From NCBI RefSeq assembly GCF_006345805.1, contig NC_042998.1:115506001-115570000 (forward strand): a stretch of DNA of 64,000 nt, given 5' to 3'. The notes under the pieces were generated by a model, which was not told where the DNA came from, made no database searches, and worked only from the letters and a program-made list of their open reading frames with translations. The translations under genes were made by a program, and so were the position numbers. Positions 24,621 to 39,968 of the stretch are shown here, piece after piece. The stretch comes from Octopus sinensis (taxonomy: Eukaryota). Position 1 is the stretch's first letter. Each line of letters begins with the position of its first letter.

Positions 24621-25410
24621 CATGTCCGTACAAAATCGCGAAGTGTTACACACGCACATACACCTGCACGTGTGTCAAAATTGTATCGACTTCGTTATAA
24701 TACTTTTAATCTTAACTGGAATACTTCTATAAATCAAGTTGTTATGTGCCGTGGACAGCAAGCAGTCGTATTTTGCCGGAGAATCTTGATATAGTGTAAA
24801 TAAAATGTGAGTCCGGGTATTGCTAGGTATTTCATACCATTTCATTCAACATGAGCTTCATGCCCTGGCTCGTCAGATCATAGATAACGTGGTTATAATG
24901 TTTTGATAGGGTATGATTTTTATTCATTTATTTTTCACAGGTTATGGTGCGTAGATTTTGTATAGATTTAAACCCGTGGTTTGTTTTGACACTGTTGATT
25001 TGGTTGGTCAAATGGTTCATAAATTTATGACAGTGCTGTCGGTTGGTCAAATATTTGATAAGAATATGGCAGTGTTGTTGGTGGCAACCATTTTCTCCAG
25101 GCAACGGGTATCTTCATACATTTCATTTACAAAAATGGCGGCGAGTTGTAGGCGTCTTAAAAAAAAACTAAATTAAATCTCCTCCTGTCAAGAGTTACGG
25201 ATGAACCTACCTCACGGCAAGAAACACAGATGAAAGCAGCAGCATCAAACTCTCTCATTCACCAAATGTCACATATCAAAAGAGGCTTAGTGAAAGTGTG
25301 GTAAATCTAACGGTGGTGCCCAGCTTGGCCGTGGCTCTCCAACTGAAACTAATAAAAATATTTTAAATAGATAGAATATATACATACATATAAACGCATG
25401 TATGTGTGTA

Positions 25411-25484
<74 letters not shown>

Positions 25485-26747
25485 AGGCGGTTTGTCAGAG
25501 AATATGGAGTTTTACTATAAGGCAAAATTCGCAAACCTTGATTGGTTTATTTATTCAGATACTCTCTATACAATCGTTTATGTGATTTCTTTGTTTATCC
25601 AAGCAAGTTTTCATTTGAAAAATGTGTTTTAATACTGCCATGTTTGGTTCCATGTGGTGGTGATGGAAGTAGCTTATGTTTGCTTTGAAAGTTTTCGGTT
25701 AGCGCATATTGGTGGTTTGGCACAGTGCAGTAATATGCATTGTGTTTGTGTTTGCACAAAGAATGTAAGAATGTAAGCAGAAGTCAAGAATGTAAGCAGA
25801 AGTCAAGTAATTGAATCGATTCTACCTTCTGTAGCCCTTCCATACAACTACGTGAATCTATACCAATACTAAAAGTTGTTGTTGTTGTTATTATTGTTTT
25901 ACTTCTTAGAGCGCTTGGTCTTGTTTGCTTTGGTAAATTCTGTGAGAGCGGACAACAGCCTGCTGTCAGAAGTCTCACAGGGTCTTTTTCCGCATATTCT
26001 AAGCTTTGATACTTGGTTGTTGATTATTGTGGGAGACATTCAGCACCCAGGTACCAATCTTAAAATCCTAGCTGTCCTCAGCAGAGCAGATTTTGGGGTT
26101 TGATTTAATTTTTTTTATTATTGGCGTAGTTGTGGATACATAAATGGGAAGGTAGTCGGACAGAATGACTTACATATAGTTACATACCTTAAAGTTCTGA
26201 ATTCCAAAATCACCTTGGTTGACTTCGTTTTTATTCTTGGTAGGGTTTACATGCTATGCACATTTCACATTTCAGGTCGATACAACATTGACAGTACATT
26301 TGTCCAATATATTTGAAGCATTCATCCTATGCTCAAAATCAATAGTATTATTTTGAGGTAAAACTCCGTAATGCAGGGTAGCTGTTATTGGTCTGTGTTG
26401 TCAACATTTTTTGTTTTATGTCACGAAATCACATTATTTTGACAAAATACAAATTTGCAACAGAATAGTTTATGTCTCTTTGCTCAAACCCATGTCATCA
26501 AAACAATAATCAATTATATTGAACGTTATATTAACAATAAATATAAAAGTTAAGTGAGCTTGATTGTACATAAATTGAACACGGAACCATGGTGTTCTAA
26601 AATAAATATAGTCATTCCTGAAGCTTGGCTTTATTATTTCCTCTCTTCTTTATTCACACAGTTCACGAAGCTCAAAGCTGTTTATATAATATTAATACAG
26701 AAGAGTAAAAGACATCAACAAATAGGAAACTGTGATATATATATATA

Positions 26748-26799
<52 letters not shown>

Positions 26800-27697
26800 C
26801 ATATCTATATATTTATATATATAATGTATATATGTTTGTGTATGTGTGTATGCATGTATGTATGCATATATGTTTGTGTATGTGTTATGTGTGTGATGTG
26901 TAAGTATGTATCTATCTATATATTAAGAAGAGAATACGAAGAATGATATTATTGATCACTAACTCTGCATGAGATAATGTAAGGTGTCAGTTACGAGAGT
27001 TAATGTAGCAGATAATATGAATATAAATTATTGACAAAAACTAAAAAGCTATAGATGTATATAGTAAAAATAAATAACTCTATGGAGACTTCGACCTTCA
27101 AATATTTTATACATTCCCTCTCTAAACTAAAATCAGGACGGAAACAATTTCCAATACAAAGATAATTTATCGATTTTGTTTTTATTGTATTTAATAAAGA
27201 AACAATAAAAAATAAATATAGAATTCAGACAACGAAAGAATATTATTTTTTAAAACTTGAAAAATAAAAGAAATTAAAGAAACAAAAAAGGAAGATAATT
27301 ATTTTATACCCCTGAGTCTAAATTGAAACTATTCAAGATTAAAATATTTTTAATATTGTAAGCGAAGAATATGATTTAGATTGGGGACATTGTTTCCCCA
27401 CTTGGGAAGATAATAAAGTGTTGCATTTAGTAGGCGAGGTGAGAAAATTGCTTGAGTAAAATCGACTGTGTAAAAAGACTGAATATTTCTGTTCCTGGGA
27501 GCAAGTGTGTGCGTGCATGTATGTATATGTGTTAGATATGCTTATGTACGTGCGTCAGTGTGTTTGACTTTCTTTTTTGCATCTATATGTATGAGTTTTC
27601 GCTCCAGCTTAAAACTGATTTCATATCGAATTTGTGATATTGTGATTTGTCCCTTCAGAGAAATAAATCTTATTTATTTATGATACACACACACACA

Positions 27698-27732
<35 letters not shown>

Positions 27733-28204
27733 CACACACACACAACACACACACACAAACACACACATACTTCAGTGAAAACCAGATTTGGCGCCTATTA
27801 AAATAACCGGACTTTTATATGATTCATAATTCTTCAATATTCTTCGTATAAACTACCGCCTACATATATAATGGTTAGACTCAATAACCACTGATACAGT
27901 ATATCAAGCGAGTTTGTGACAGTTTTTATAAATCTCTTGTAATAGCAAAATGAAGTGATGAGTTCCCTTATTTTGGTCGATTTGCACCGATTAATCACCA
28001 GATTCTATATAATCTTTCTAACTATAGATACAAGCCAGCGAGAATGTTAGTCTTTACATAGCTGCATGACCTGAAATATTCCACAATCACAAATTTATCA
28101 TTTTGAAATAATAAAGATTATGTACTCTTGATAAGATAAACTGAATGAATGCGACTGAAATGTTCTGGAACCTAGCTCAATGGAAACTTTACTTGACACT
28201 GAAT

Positions 28205-28415
28205 GCTGATATATTTTGGCACAAGGCCAACAATTTCGAGGGAAGAGACGAGTCGATTTATCGACTGCAGTGTTCAACTGGTATTTATTTTATCAACACC
28301 GAAAAGATGAAAGGTAGAGTCGACCCTAGCGGCATTTGAACACAGGATGTAAAATCGGAAGAAAAGCTGCTAAATATTTTTTCCGGCACGATAACGATTC
28401 TGCCTGCTAGCCTCC
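28205..28415 (-). mobile_element. Older family A SINE
   Basis: TTTTGGCACAAGGCC...GATGAAAGG...ACGATTCTGCC. Confidence 0.7.
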
Positions 28416-28600
28416 TTCCTGACACTAAATATTAACAATAACAAATAGTGATATTGCTTGAAAGGTCCTTGGAACTGAAAGTAAGAGAGAATTCCTCAGT
28501 TATAAAAAGAGCTTTAACCGCTGTGAGATTTCAGCGAGATATTGCTGTTCTTATTAGACAAAACAAACACATACACTGTCACAAAATCAGAAAAAAAGGC

Positions 28601-28708
<108 letters not shown>

Positions 28709-29847
28709 GTGTGTGTGTGTGCGTGTGTGTAGCAAATTGTCAATGTTTTTTCAGCGTCGAATAGAATGTATCTTTCCGGATTATTGCGCAACAAGCACGA
28801 ATTCAGCTGAAATCTTAGTCTCTCCTCATTGTTCGGTTTCTTTATTAGCCACAAGGGTCCAAATATAGAGGGGGAACAAATTAGGACAGACAGGACACCA
28901 CAGAGGGGACAATACATAGAACGAATATGATGAGATGGTTATACAATAATGGGGTTATGAATGGCTGCATGCGCCCCTCATCACGTGCATTACCATTAAT
29001 CTTTTTAAAATGTCCGTTTTTATCATGTATTTACTTATTGCTCGGTAAATAAAGTGCTACTCAACGACTAGTGATGACTTTTACCAATATCTCTCTCCTG
29101 CTCTCTCTCTCTCCAGCGCTCTCTCTTTCTCTCTATTTCCCCCCCCCTCTATCTCCCTCTCTCCCCTCGTTTGTAAAAATATTAATAAATTAAAACGATA
29201 AAATGTTTTGACAATATTTTAACAATTTTATCGGGATAAATGAAAGAAAGTGTTTACATTTTTTTCTGAATATGCTACTGGTTTCAGTCGCTTTAAACGA
29301 TGATTTAGTCATGCTGAAATGAAAGCGAAATAAATTGAAATTAACTAAATTAATCTTTCATGAAGTTAAAATGCACTTCTTACAAACATTACATGGTACA
29401 GGTATTTCGTTTCCTTCTAAATGCGGTCTAGTCGTGCAAGCAATTGCAGCAGCAGTTCAAGCAAATGTAGCTGTCCTTTCTCATTAAGATGTGTTTAATA
29501 TTAGTAGCATTGCTGCAGTAGCCGTGGATTTGTTTGTGCCAATTTATCTGGTAGCTGCAACAGTTGTCCCCCTTTCTCTTCCGAATTTATTTGGAAATGG
29601 TGCGTATTTTGTAATGAAAGCTGTTTTTTTTTTTTGTCGATGCATTATTACTATGTGATCGCTAAATTGATAGAGGTGGATAATCATAAAATCTAGTCAT
29701 TTCTCAGCTACACATGTTCGATATGTTCACTGAGTCCTAATTGCTTGAATTCCTATATATATATCTTTTCAGATTCATGATTTATCTTAAGGACTCGGGG
29801 TTTGTCTTAAGTGGTTCTTCCCACTTCATAAGCATCTAATCGCATAG

Positions 29848-30037
29848 ATTAGGTTTTCAAATGCACAGGCGAAATTATTTTACTATGAAGAGTTGACCTT
29901 GTTTAAAACGTATCTCCGATCCTGTGTCACTCTCAAGCATACATTAGGCTTCCAAATGCAGAGGTGAAGTTATTCTTTTACTATGAAGAGCTGACCTTGT
30001 TTAAAACGTATTTCCGATCCTGTGTCACTCGCAAGCA
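29848..30037. repeat. Direct tandem duplication of a ~96-98-bp unique segment
   Basis: TACTATGAAGAG(T/C)TGACCTTGTTTAAAACGTAT(C/T)TCCGATCCTGTGTCACTC at 29881 and 29979. Confidence 0.9.
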
Positions 30038-30598
30038 AATATCAGAGTTAGGGTTTCTGCAATTTTAATAGTTGGTTCGATTGTTACTGAGTGAATTTTG
30101 GCCTTTGTTAGTATTTTTTTATCGCTATGACTTGTCTTTCGTGTTTAGAATATTTCCACTATCACCTCTGTGGTTACTACTTTTACTTGCCAATCCTTAA
30201 TGAGAAAAAAAAAAGAGAAGAAACAACTATCAGTGTTTCATCAGTTTCATTTGTGAGTATTGTGAATTAAACAGCAATCAGAAGTAAAAGTTTACCTGCA
30301 CAATGTGACTTTTGTATGAAACGCAAGTGAAATTTCGGAACTGATAACATGAAAAGCTGAGTTCGTTTATTTCAATTAATTTTCTCTTTTAATTCAGTAT
30401 CAGTAAATTGTCATTTAAAGTGATTGAAACTAGTAGCATATTTTGATATGAATGTAGATACTTCCTTTCAGGCGTGATGAAGTTCTCAAAGAATCGTTTT
30501 GTGTTTTTTTAAATATCATTATTCTCGTGTGACATCTCTTAACCGTTTCTATAATTTATAGTATGTATATACATATATATACTTACGTAGATAGTGTA

Positions 30599-30665
<67 letters not shown>

Positions 30666-30666
30666 A

Positions 30667-30705
<39 letters not shown>

Positions 30706-31094
30706 GAGATATATATATATATATATGCATGTGTGTGTGTGTGGTGTGTGTGTTTGTGTGTGTGTAGGAAGAGAGAGATTTACGGATTCAAACATTAATA
30801 TTACTTTATAATATGTACAACACAAAATATATGCAGCTTTCCATCATTTGAGATGATAAAACTTTTCAGCCAACTTTTCATGTAAGTTAGGGAATGCATG
30901 ACTTGAATTGATTGTGTGAGACAGACAAGAAGGTAACATTCTTTTGAACGCTGTATCACCCTTAAAACAGCCGAAAAATTTGGCAACATTACACTTACAA
31001 GGCAGAAAAAGTTGTCAACAAAATGCCATGACTTTTTGCTGACAACTCTTCTGCTGCTTTAACGGCGATACATGTACATATATCTATGTGTGTA

Positions 31095-31280
31095 TGTATT
31101 TGTGTCTGTATTTGTCCCCCACCACCCGTTGATAACTCCGTGTGTTTGCGTCTCCGTAAGGTGGTGGTTGACCGAAGGAATAAGTACTCAGCTTTAAAAA
31201 AATTAAGTGCCGGGATCGATTCATTCGACTAAAAGTTCTTCAAGCCTGGCCAAATTCTAATAGCCGAAACAAATAAAAGG
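31095..31280 (+). mobile_element. C/D SINE tail fragment
   Basis: GTATTTGTCCCCACC...GAATAAGTACT...GATCGATTCATTCGACTAAA. Confidence 0.65.
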
Positions 31281-32614
31281 TGAAGTATTACATACAGAGC
31301 AGACCAAATATACATAAAATAGGGAACCAGTTTTGCTTGGTATAAGCTTTCTCTATGGTAAATGATCATCCGTTACTGCTGAGATTTTACGAAATTATTG
31401 ACAAACATTTCACTGCAGAACATAAATATCATAAGATCAGTAATGAGTAAGTCGTTCAAGCGATCTACATTTATTTCAAAATTTTGCTCTTTCGGCAGAC
31501 AGTAAAAACACACGCGAAATTTCCAATCCGACCACACAACAAGACTGCTTTTATAATTAGAAATTACGCTAATATCTTCTCTGTATATGTTATGCCTATA
31601 TTTTAAAGCGTTAGTTTATCGTGCAAAATTTCTCTTGCAAACAGCAATGAATTAGAAAGTTACTTACCGATTAATAAAAATCCCTTTAAATTCTCGCGCC
31701 CTATTTACACTGCCAGATATCTATAAAGCTATCTTGTCAGTTCACTATCCAAATATATCTAGAGTTTGAATTTTGAAATATTAGCAATTATAAATCCTAC
31801 TGCTTTATTAAAAGTCACAAAAAACATTCATTCTCCAGTGAGTGTGAGATATGTCTCTCGTGAAACACTTTATTACAGCCTTTTGGTATTTTTTCCAATG
31901 ATAAGAATTGATTAATTATTGAAGAAAACATCAGTTACTATTCGTTGAAAAATTCTCAACTACATACTAACAAGAATACTTTATTTTCTACATAATCCAA
32001 TAACCTTACCTTAAAAAATAGTCGTATATTAGATATTTGAAAAAGTTAATAAAATAAAAATTGCTAATAAAAATTGCATATAAGAAAGAATACATGGTTA
32101 CTTTATATATTTCTCTTCAGGAATATAGAAAAATAAGTGATTTCGGAATAAGTTAAAAACTGAATGAATGACAGTTTTGAACGGTTTTTATTTTCAGTAA
32201 GCAATCACGTGATTTTTTTATGCTTTTCGAATATTTTCTCATATTTTCTCACACTGCTTCTTACCTATATCTAAAGTGAATTAGAGCGATACCAAAACTG
32301 AAGAGTGCGTGAAGTATTTGAGGAAATAATTAATACAACAACTTTAATTTATTGCAGAGATGTACTTGCTCACAAATACTTTTCTCTGAAGTTGTGTACT
32401 GAAACTAAAGATATTGAAATATAAGTTAGTCATTCAAAAACATAAAAAGGCTCACAACATTTATTTTCAATATGGTGTCAAAATTTCCGTTGCTCGAAAC
32501 TGCGACCTCTTCTCTGACAAGAAATTGAGCTGCAACTTAAGAATTCTGCTCGCAACTCTAACCTAGTAAAAATAGATATGTTTGAATAAAAAATTGTGTA
32601 CCTGTTCTCGAGAG

Positions 32615-33420
32615 GTTCATTTTATGACTCTACCTTCAGCTTCGTTGTCTGCTTCAATGCGGGAAAGGAATCAATGACATGCGTGTACAAAATTACCCTT
32701 ATTCATTTCGAACATCAGCTAGATTATGGCGGCCTTTAGTGAAGCTAAGGTCTTGTGAGGATATCGATTAGTCCCTCCTTTTAACATCGCTTCAAATGTA
32801 GTAGTCAGTGGGACCACTTGTGAGTTTGAAGCCCTCAGATTTGGTGCTACATGATTGTAAAGATATTCTGACATCCCTTTTGTGATGAGATAGGGCTTTG
32901 TCAAAACGTGATGAACCTTTTTGAAACATTTATGGCCTTCCACTGAACACTCTAGCTATCCAGGATTAACAACTGTCTCTAGAAACTCACCTTATCATTA
33001 TTTCTTTGACCCCGTGGAAGGATATGGAGTGGCATGACCGACCTTCGTTACATACCGATTCCAAAACCCTCACAGTTGCTTGAAACTCAGTGGGCATCAC
33101 TTTGGGGCCATCAGATGGATTTGCACATAATCACCTGTCATTTCTTCTGTTAGCTTTTAGTGGAAGTTTTTCTCATCAGAGAAGAACCAAAGCATAAGCT
33201 TTTAAATTCTTATGTGGCAGCCTTATCTTTGCATGCATGACTTAGCCTCCCTTCAGTTCATATGATTAATATCGAATGTCCTCATGCACCACACTTCTGA
33301 TAGTTCACTTAAAATTCTGAATATATTTGGTTATGGCCCTCATTGGCTTTCCGTAATCATCATAGATATTTTGAATTGCAGTGTCATTGTAGTCTCCCAA
33401 CATTTAGATTTTCTTTTATC
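32615..33420 (-). pseudogene. Decayed Tc1/mariner-superfamily transposase, DD37D (maT)-like
   Basis: Minus-strand fragments VVHEDIRY, WFFSDEKNF (33189-33169), NRRNDR*LCANPSD, GRP*MFQ, NHVAPNL, PL(D)YYI*, TNRYPHKTLASLKAAI, FLSRIEA..EAEG; many stops and frameshifts. Confidence 0.85.
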
Positions 33421-33719
33421 CAGCTGAGACATTCTTCATAGGGGCGTGCAATTTCATCAGAATTTCGCGTGCAATACATTTGAAGCATTTACAAGTTAAT
33501 CAATGTCTAAGTCGCTGTGTTTCACATATATGGCAACAATGACTGCCTGTATTTTCATTTTTTGTGTTAGCATTTTATCTATCATGGCTCGATGGGTCGA
33601 AATGAAATGAGAACCTTGTAAATGATTTGAATGACGTAATATACTCATAATAAATCTCCTCAAATATTTGGAGCACACCACTCACGCACAAACACATACA
33701 CATATATCAAACGTGATTA

Positions 33720-33723
33720 TTAT

Positions 33724-33771
<48 letters not shown>

Positions 33772-33932
33772 TATATACATATATATACGTATATAGAAAT
33801 TTATACATATGTATATGTGTGTATGTATGTATGTGTGTGTTAATATATGCAGATATTCATTTCAAGTATACGTAAAAGCATGCATGTCTATGTATTCTTA
33901 TGGCTTTCGTGGATACTTGCATATATATAGCT

Positions 33933-34008
<76 letters not shown>

Positions 34009-34840
34009 CTACCTACATGCACATATACTTGCATATATTCCCAGATATATCTACAGGAAAATCAAATTCATATATGGTCGAAAATTTCACGTCTGCTATA
34101 CGTAAGAAGTGATGCATAAAATTTTCGCGTCTTTGATAGATGTATATACATACATGCATAATGCATACATACATACGTACGTACGTGCATGCATTCATAC
34201 ATACAGATAGGGATAAATGTATATGTATACATATAATTTAATATAAATGATGAATATGTTTTCTCTAATTTTGTTATAGTTTTAAGTAACTTCTTTTGTT
34301 ATCGTTTTTGCAGTTTGTTCCAACCTGTGTGCACAGTAATGTAGAAGTAACTCAAAGTAATGTTCAATTAATTATCTCTGCAAAAATTGCTAAAAGAATA
34401 ATTTTAAAAATCACGCAAAAACAACCCTGAAGTCGAGATACATCCGTACAATCGAAATAAAGGAAGTGTTAATAGATAAATGATTTATCAAAGAAATTAT
34501 TTTCAAACTACAATAACAACTCAAATATTCTTGACATTTTGAAGACGTGTAGCGCAAATAATAATGATGATGGTGGTGATGATGATGACAAAAACAACAA
34601 CAATAGCAATAACAATAGCGTGAACAGCTATCTCAGTCAATGATAAGGATGATGTTGAAAATGGTGATTATGTGATGATAGTGATATTGCGTGATATTGC
34701 GTATTATGTGTAAATATATCTATACAAACACACACACACGGATGGATGGATGTATATATGTATGTATGCATGTATTCATGCATGTATGCCTGTATGTATG
34801 AATGTATGTATGTATGTATCTATCTATCTATCTCACTGTG

Positions 34841-34872
<32 letters not shown>

Positions 34873-35331
34873 GTGTGTGTGGTGAGTGGATATTTTATAT
34901 ACATGAGTATTCGCATATATATATGTATATATATATATATATAAATGTATATAAAGATTTATACATATTCTATACATATAAAAATACTAATGTATATTTG
35001 CAAATATCTGTAAATATATATATGTATACACAGATTTATATATTTTATACACATATAATATATATGAATATATATATGTAAGCATACACACACACATATG
35101 TATGTATGTATGTATGTATGTAAAGTACATAAATGCTCACCTGAACACAAGTACATATACAAACATAAACATGCTCACACACGCACATATACACCACACG
35201 GTTATGCACACATACATACATACATACATACATACATACATACATACATACTACATACATTCATACATACATATACATTTATTTATATTAATACACACAC
35301 ATGCATACACACTTGCATGAATATATAATAT

Positions 35332-35395
<64 letters not shown>

Positions 35396-35763
35396 TTGTG
35401 TGTTTGTGTCAGTATGCATATGGATGTGTGAGTAATTGGGACATCTGTGTATCTGTTTGTGTGGTGCGTGTGTATGTATGTGTGAAACACAAAATATGTT
35501 GTTAAATGCCTCAGATATATCGATCTAAGGTAATGCAGAAATTTGTTTTGCATTGTGGAAATTGTGATTGAACTAGACAAGCAGCTAGAATTCGTTTCGA
35601 CAATTGGTCCAATGATTGATTCAAGATAACATCATTGCTAAAACAAATTAGAAACTCACCAATCGGTTGAACAGTTGCTTATAAAGAAACATCCATTAGC
35701 TATTATCCATAAACATTATATACATATATGTGTTTATGTATGTATATACGTACATACATACAT

Positions 35764-35799
<36 letters not shown>

Positions 35800-35845
35800 C
35801 AATATATTTATATATATATATATATATACATATATATTATATATA

Positions 35846-35880
<35 letters not shown>

Positions 35881-36320
35881 GTATATGTATATTATATATA
35901 ATGATATATATAAAGATATATTTGAATGTATGTTATGAACAGATAATGACTGATATATGTACATGTATATACGTATGCATACATATATATGTATATATGT
36001 ATACGCGTATATGCATGCAAGTGTGTATATATATATATATTTACACATATATATATGTATACACATACATATATATATGTGTGTGTGTGTGTGTGTGTAC
36101 ATGTATATAAGTACATTCAGCCATAAATCAATACATGCATACATACATGAATACGTGCATAAATACATGCCTGCAACCATGTAAGAAGAGTGATGTACGG
36201 AATAAAGAAAGCAGTGGGAGTTTTAAAGACAGCCAAGAGAGTGAGAGAAAGAAACTGAGAGAGAGATAGTGGGAGAGAGAAAGAGAAAGAGAGAGAGAGA
36301 GAGAGAGAAATAAACGTGAA
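33720..36320. repeat. (TA)n/(TG)n/(TACA)n/(GA)n microsatellite blocks
   Basis: Directly visible. Confidence 0.9.
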
Positions 36321-37512
36321 AAAATAAGAAAAGGGTGAGTCGGTTAAAGACTGGGAAGAAGTTAGCTGTCAGCTATTTTGACAGCTAATATTTTTAATGA
36401 TAAAAGAAAATATGCTAATATCATAAATAGCTGAATTACTCGAAAATTAAATCGTATATGTAAACTTCAATTTCCGCTGTCATGATCATTATGTATAAGA
36501 TATAAGCAAATGATATAGCTAACTATATATTATTTCTTGAGGGACGATGACAACGCCATCGATAACATCGCTGATGATGGAGGAAGTAGTCACGGGTGTG
36601 GTTTCATTTAAGAAATGCTAAAGAGGAGGAGGAAGAGGAGAAAGAGAGAGAGAAGGAGTATATCGTGGCATCTTCCTTTTTGGAATTTTTCATTGTCGTG
36701 TTAAGTTACGAGTTCAAATCGCACCTACAGGATGGAATGATTATAGCTTTTACAGACTTTTTATCTCTTTCAAGTTCGTTGAGATGATAAAAAAAAGTTA
36801 CCATCAACCTCCCTCTCTCTCTCTCTCTCTCTCTCGTTCTCTCTCTCTCTCTCTCTCACTCGTTCTGTATTTTTTCTTTGTTCTCTGCTTCTCATTGATT
36901 CCGTTTCTCATTTTCTCCCTCCCTCCGAATACACACAAACACACTCACACATGTATATATGTATTTATTTATGTAAGTGTAATGGGACACATACGCACGC
37001 CCACAGATATGTGTAGAAGCATGGAGAAAAGAAAGTGTAAAAATGCATTTGGTGTTTTTAAAAAGTTGTCTTTACATCTACTTAAACCCTTCCACATTTT
37101 CATGAATTTCAAAAGCAGTCTGAACTAGGAGGATCTCGTATTATATCGTATTTCACGCGATTCTAGTTAGCGTATAAAAGCTTGTTCCTATTCATAGAAA
37201 GATACGGCTCAAATTGCCATTATCTGAGTGCAGTTTGTCTGGTTAAAGCTGGTCTGAGGTCAAAGGATCGATAGACTGCATGAAAATTTAGTCTCACAAA
37301 GTTAATAACAATTGCTTGTTGTCCACGTAATTTGTCACAAGACAATATGGACGACAACTACGCCAAGATTCAAAAGACGATGGCTAAAATTAGAGAAATA
37401 GCTTTCTTGTTTATGCATATGATTATCTTGACAATTCAAATTTGTAGTTCACATTCTTTCGCAGAAACACGTTGAGAAACATATACACCAATAAGTTATT
37501 TCTATACATTTA

Positions 37513-37725
37513 GCTTCTTCTTCTTCTTCTTCTTCTTCTTCTCTTCTTCTTCTTCTTCTCTTCTTCTTTCTTCTTCTTCTTCTTCTTCTTCTTCTTCTTC
37601 TTCTTCTTCTTCTTCTTCTTCTCCTTCTTCTTCTTCTTCTTCTTCTCCTTCTTCTTCTTCTTCTTCTTCTTCTTCTTCTTCTTCTTCTTCTTCTCGTCGT
37701 CGTCGTCGTCATCATCATCATCATC
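37513..37725 (+). repeat. (CTT)n tract grading into (CGT)n and (CAT)n
   Basis: Directly visible; source of the poly-R ORF. Confidence 0.95.
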
Positions 37726-38609
37726 ATTATCATCAAGGGGCGAGCTGGCAGAACCGTTGGATGACGGGAAAAATACTTAGCTGCTTGAAGAAATAAAAAA
37801 GATACCGAAACGAAAATTGGGTTGGAAATGGAGCCGGAAATTTTGGCTAGGATGAAATGAAACATTTGGATGTTGTAGCGGAATGTAAGAAAGCGTCAAA
37901 GCTACAACTATCAGTTTTTTTTTTAGTACAAGAATATCTCAGAATATGAGAGATGAAAGAAGGCATTTCCAATATTAAGCACCAACATGAACATCAACCT
38001 CAAACTATTCCATCAACTACAGCAGCACACAATCGCAACAGAGATGAGTGCACATCAAACTACAAGACTGGAACCAACACCTTCGGTAACAACAGCTAGA
38101 ACAACACCAAGATCAACTGGAAACAACGGTAATAAAAGAAGAGGAAGCAAGAATACACCAAAATTAACAACTGGCAGTTGCAAGCAAATAGATCTGCTTT
38201 CGTAAGAGATGCACTAACTAAGATATGTAGCCGCAGCAGCTACATATCTTCACTACCAGCACAATCACTGCCACGGACATCACCATCATATTCACAAGCC
38301 TGAATATGTGTGTGTGTGTGTATGTGTGTACATGCATACGTATATCACCTACATACACATGGATTACACTGGGCTCTTCCGTTGATGAAAAAACGCTCCG
38401 ATACACAACGACGTTTGAACCTACACCCACACATGAACACACCCACACGTCAAGTTCACCAGCCCCTATCCACACGCACACACACGCTCTCACATACACA
38501 CGCACGCGCATCTTCATTTTGGGATCTCCACTACTTTATTATCTCCCCTTCTTCCTAGCTTTACTGTCTGTCCACATCTGACCGGCCATCGCCATGATTG
38601 ACCGCTAGC

Positions 38610-38778
38610 TACTAAAGGTTTGTGTCTATTCTTTCTATGTTTATTTTCTCGTGTTCCTTTCTGTTGAAGAGGGTAGGGTCGAAACATAAAAGACTTTCTC
38701 ACCTTCCTGAGCGTTCAACTCATACATCTGTTTGTTGTTTACCCACCTGTCTTTGTTTTTTTTTCTTTTGTAAATTCC

Positions 38779-38790
<12 letters not shown>
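38610..38790 (+). mobile_element. Family P1 copy (HHR-like motif 38657-38692)
   Basis: CTTT-CTGTTGAA-GAGGGTAGGGTC-GAAACATA-AAAG; ends in (TA)n. Confidence 0.6.
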
Positions 38791-38821
<31 letters not shown>

Positions 38822-39219
38822 CACACGCACAATTAGATGCATACGTATATACATATATATATATGTGTGTGGTGTGCCTGTGTTTGTATGTGTATAAATA
38901 TATATATATACACATATATGCATCTATATACATATATGTATGTGTGCATACACACAGGAAATTTATACAACTTATGGAAATGTACTTGGCTGGCAAATGA
39001 TTTGGTCTGTGTTCATGTGGTGAAACTAAAACAATACTCGCATGGAAAACAAATATTAGTAATTCAAAACCAGTCAAAAAATGTTAACTTCATATAAAAA
39101 TTTCTTATCTGGTGTCACAATATTCGCCGTACCAACTGCAAACTTGTCCTGACAGGATTTGACTTAGACTTACATTATTTCAAAAACGCTCTAACAAACA
39201 CGTAAGTTTATCTGTTGTC

Positions 39220-39560
39220 TCTTTCATGTTTCAGTCATTAGACTATAGACATGCGTGGAAACCGCCTGGAAGAATTTTTAGACGAATGAATCGACCCCAG
39301 TACTTACATTTTTGTAAAGCCTTGTCCTTATTATATCGGTCACTTTTGCCGAATCATTAGATTATTGGAGCGTAAACACACCAACACCGGGTGTCTAACA
39401 CACACACACACTTACACACATACTGGCAAATCCACTCACAAAACTTTTGATAGACCGAGGATATAGCAGAAGACATTTGGCTAAGGTTTCACGCTGTATG
39501 TTTAAACCCGGAATCATGTGGTTGAGGGTAGCAAACCTCTTACCACACAACCACGCCTGC
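39220..39560 (-). mobile_element. C/D composite SINE
   Basis: Tail + (CA)n + CORE-like segment + tRNA-like head. Confidence 0.75.
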
Positions 39561-39919
39561 ATCGATATTCAAAGAATTCGAAAACTGACATTCTATTGTT
39601 TTACACGACTAAAGTTTTCTTGTCTAACGATTGTGTGTCGAGGTGAATATTTTGAATAAAATCGTAATTGATCCTGCTGCATTTTCTTTTACCCAAAACC
39701 AGGAAATTTTCAGCATCTTCTCGCAGTACTAGGAAGATTTAAATAATAGCTAATATAAAGGAATATGTGTGTTTTACATATGTGGGTTTCATGACTTTGC
39801 CACCATGTTATTGTTCCAGTGTCAACACATGAACACGATCTCAGATTATGTCAACTCCAGGACATACATGTTTATATACATACATACATACATACATACA
39901 TTCATTCCTGTGTACATAC

Positions 39920-39968
<49 letters not shown>

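Noticed and set aside
25132-25142. YY1-like AAAATGGCGGC as a promoter
   Set aside because: Overlaps GGCGGCGAG, the family A SINE head; no CpG island
37346-37475. Short ORF MDDNYAKIQKTMAKIREIAF...
   Set aside because: About 42 codons, no recognisable homology or splice signals
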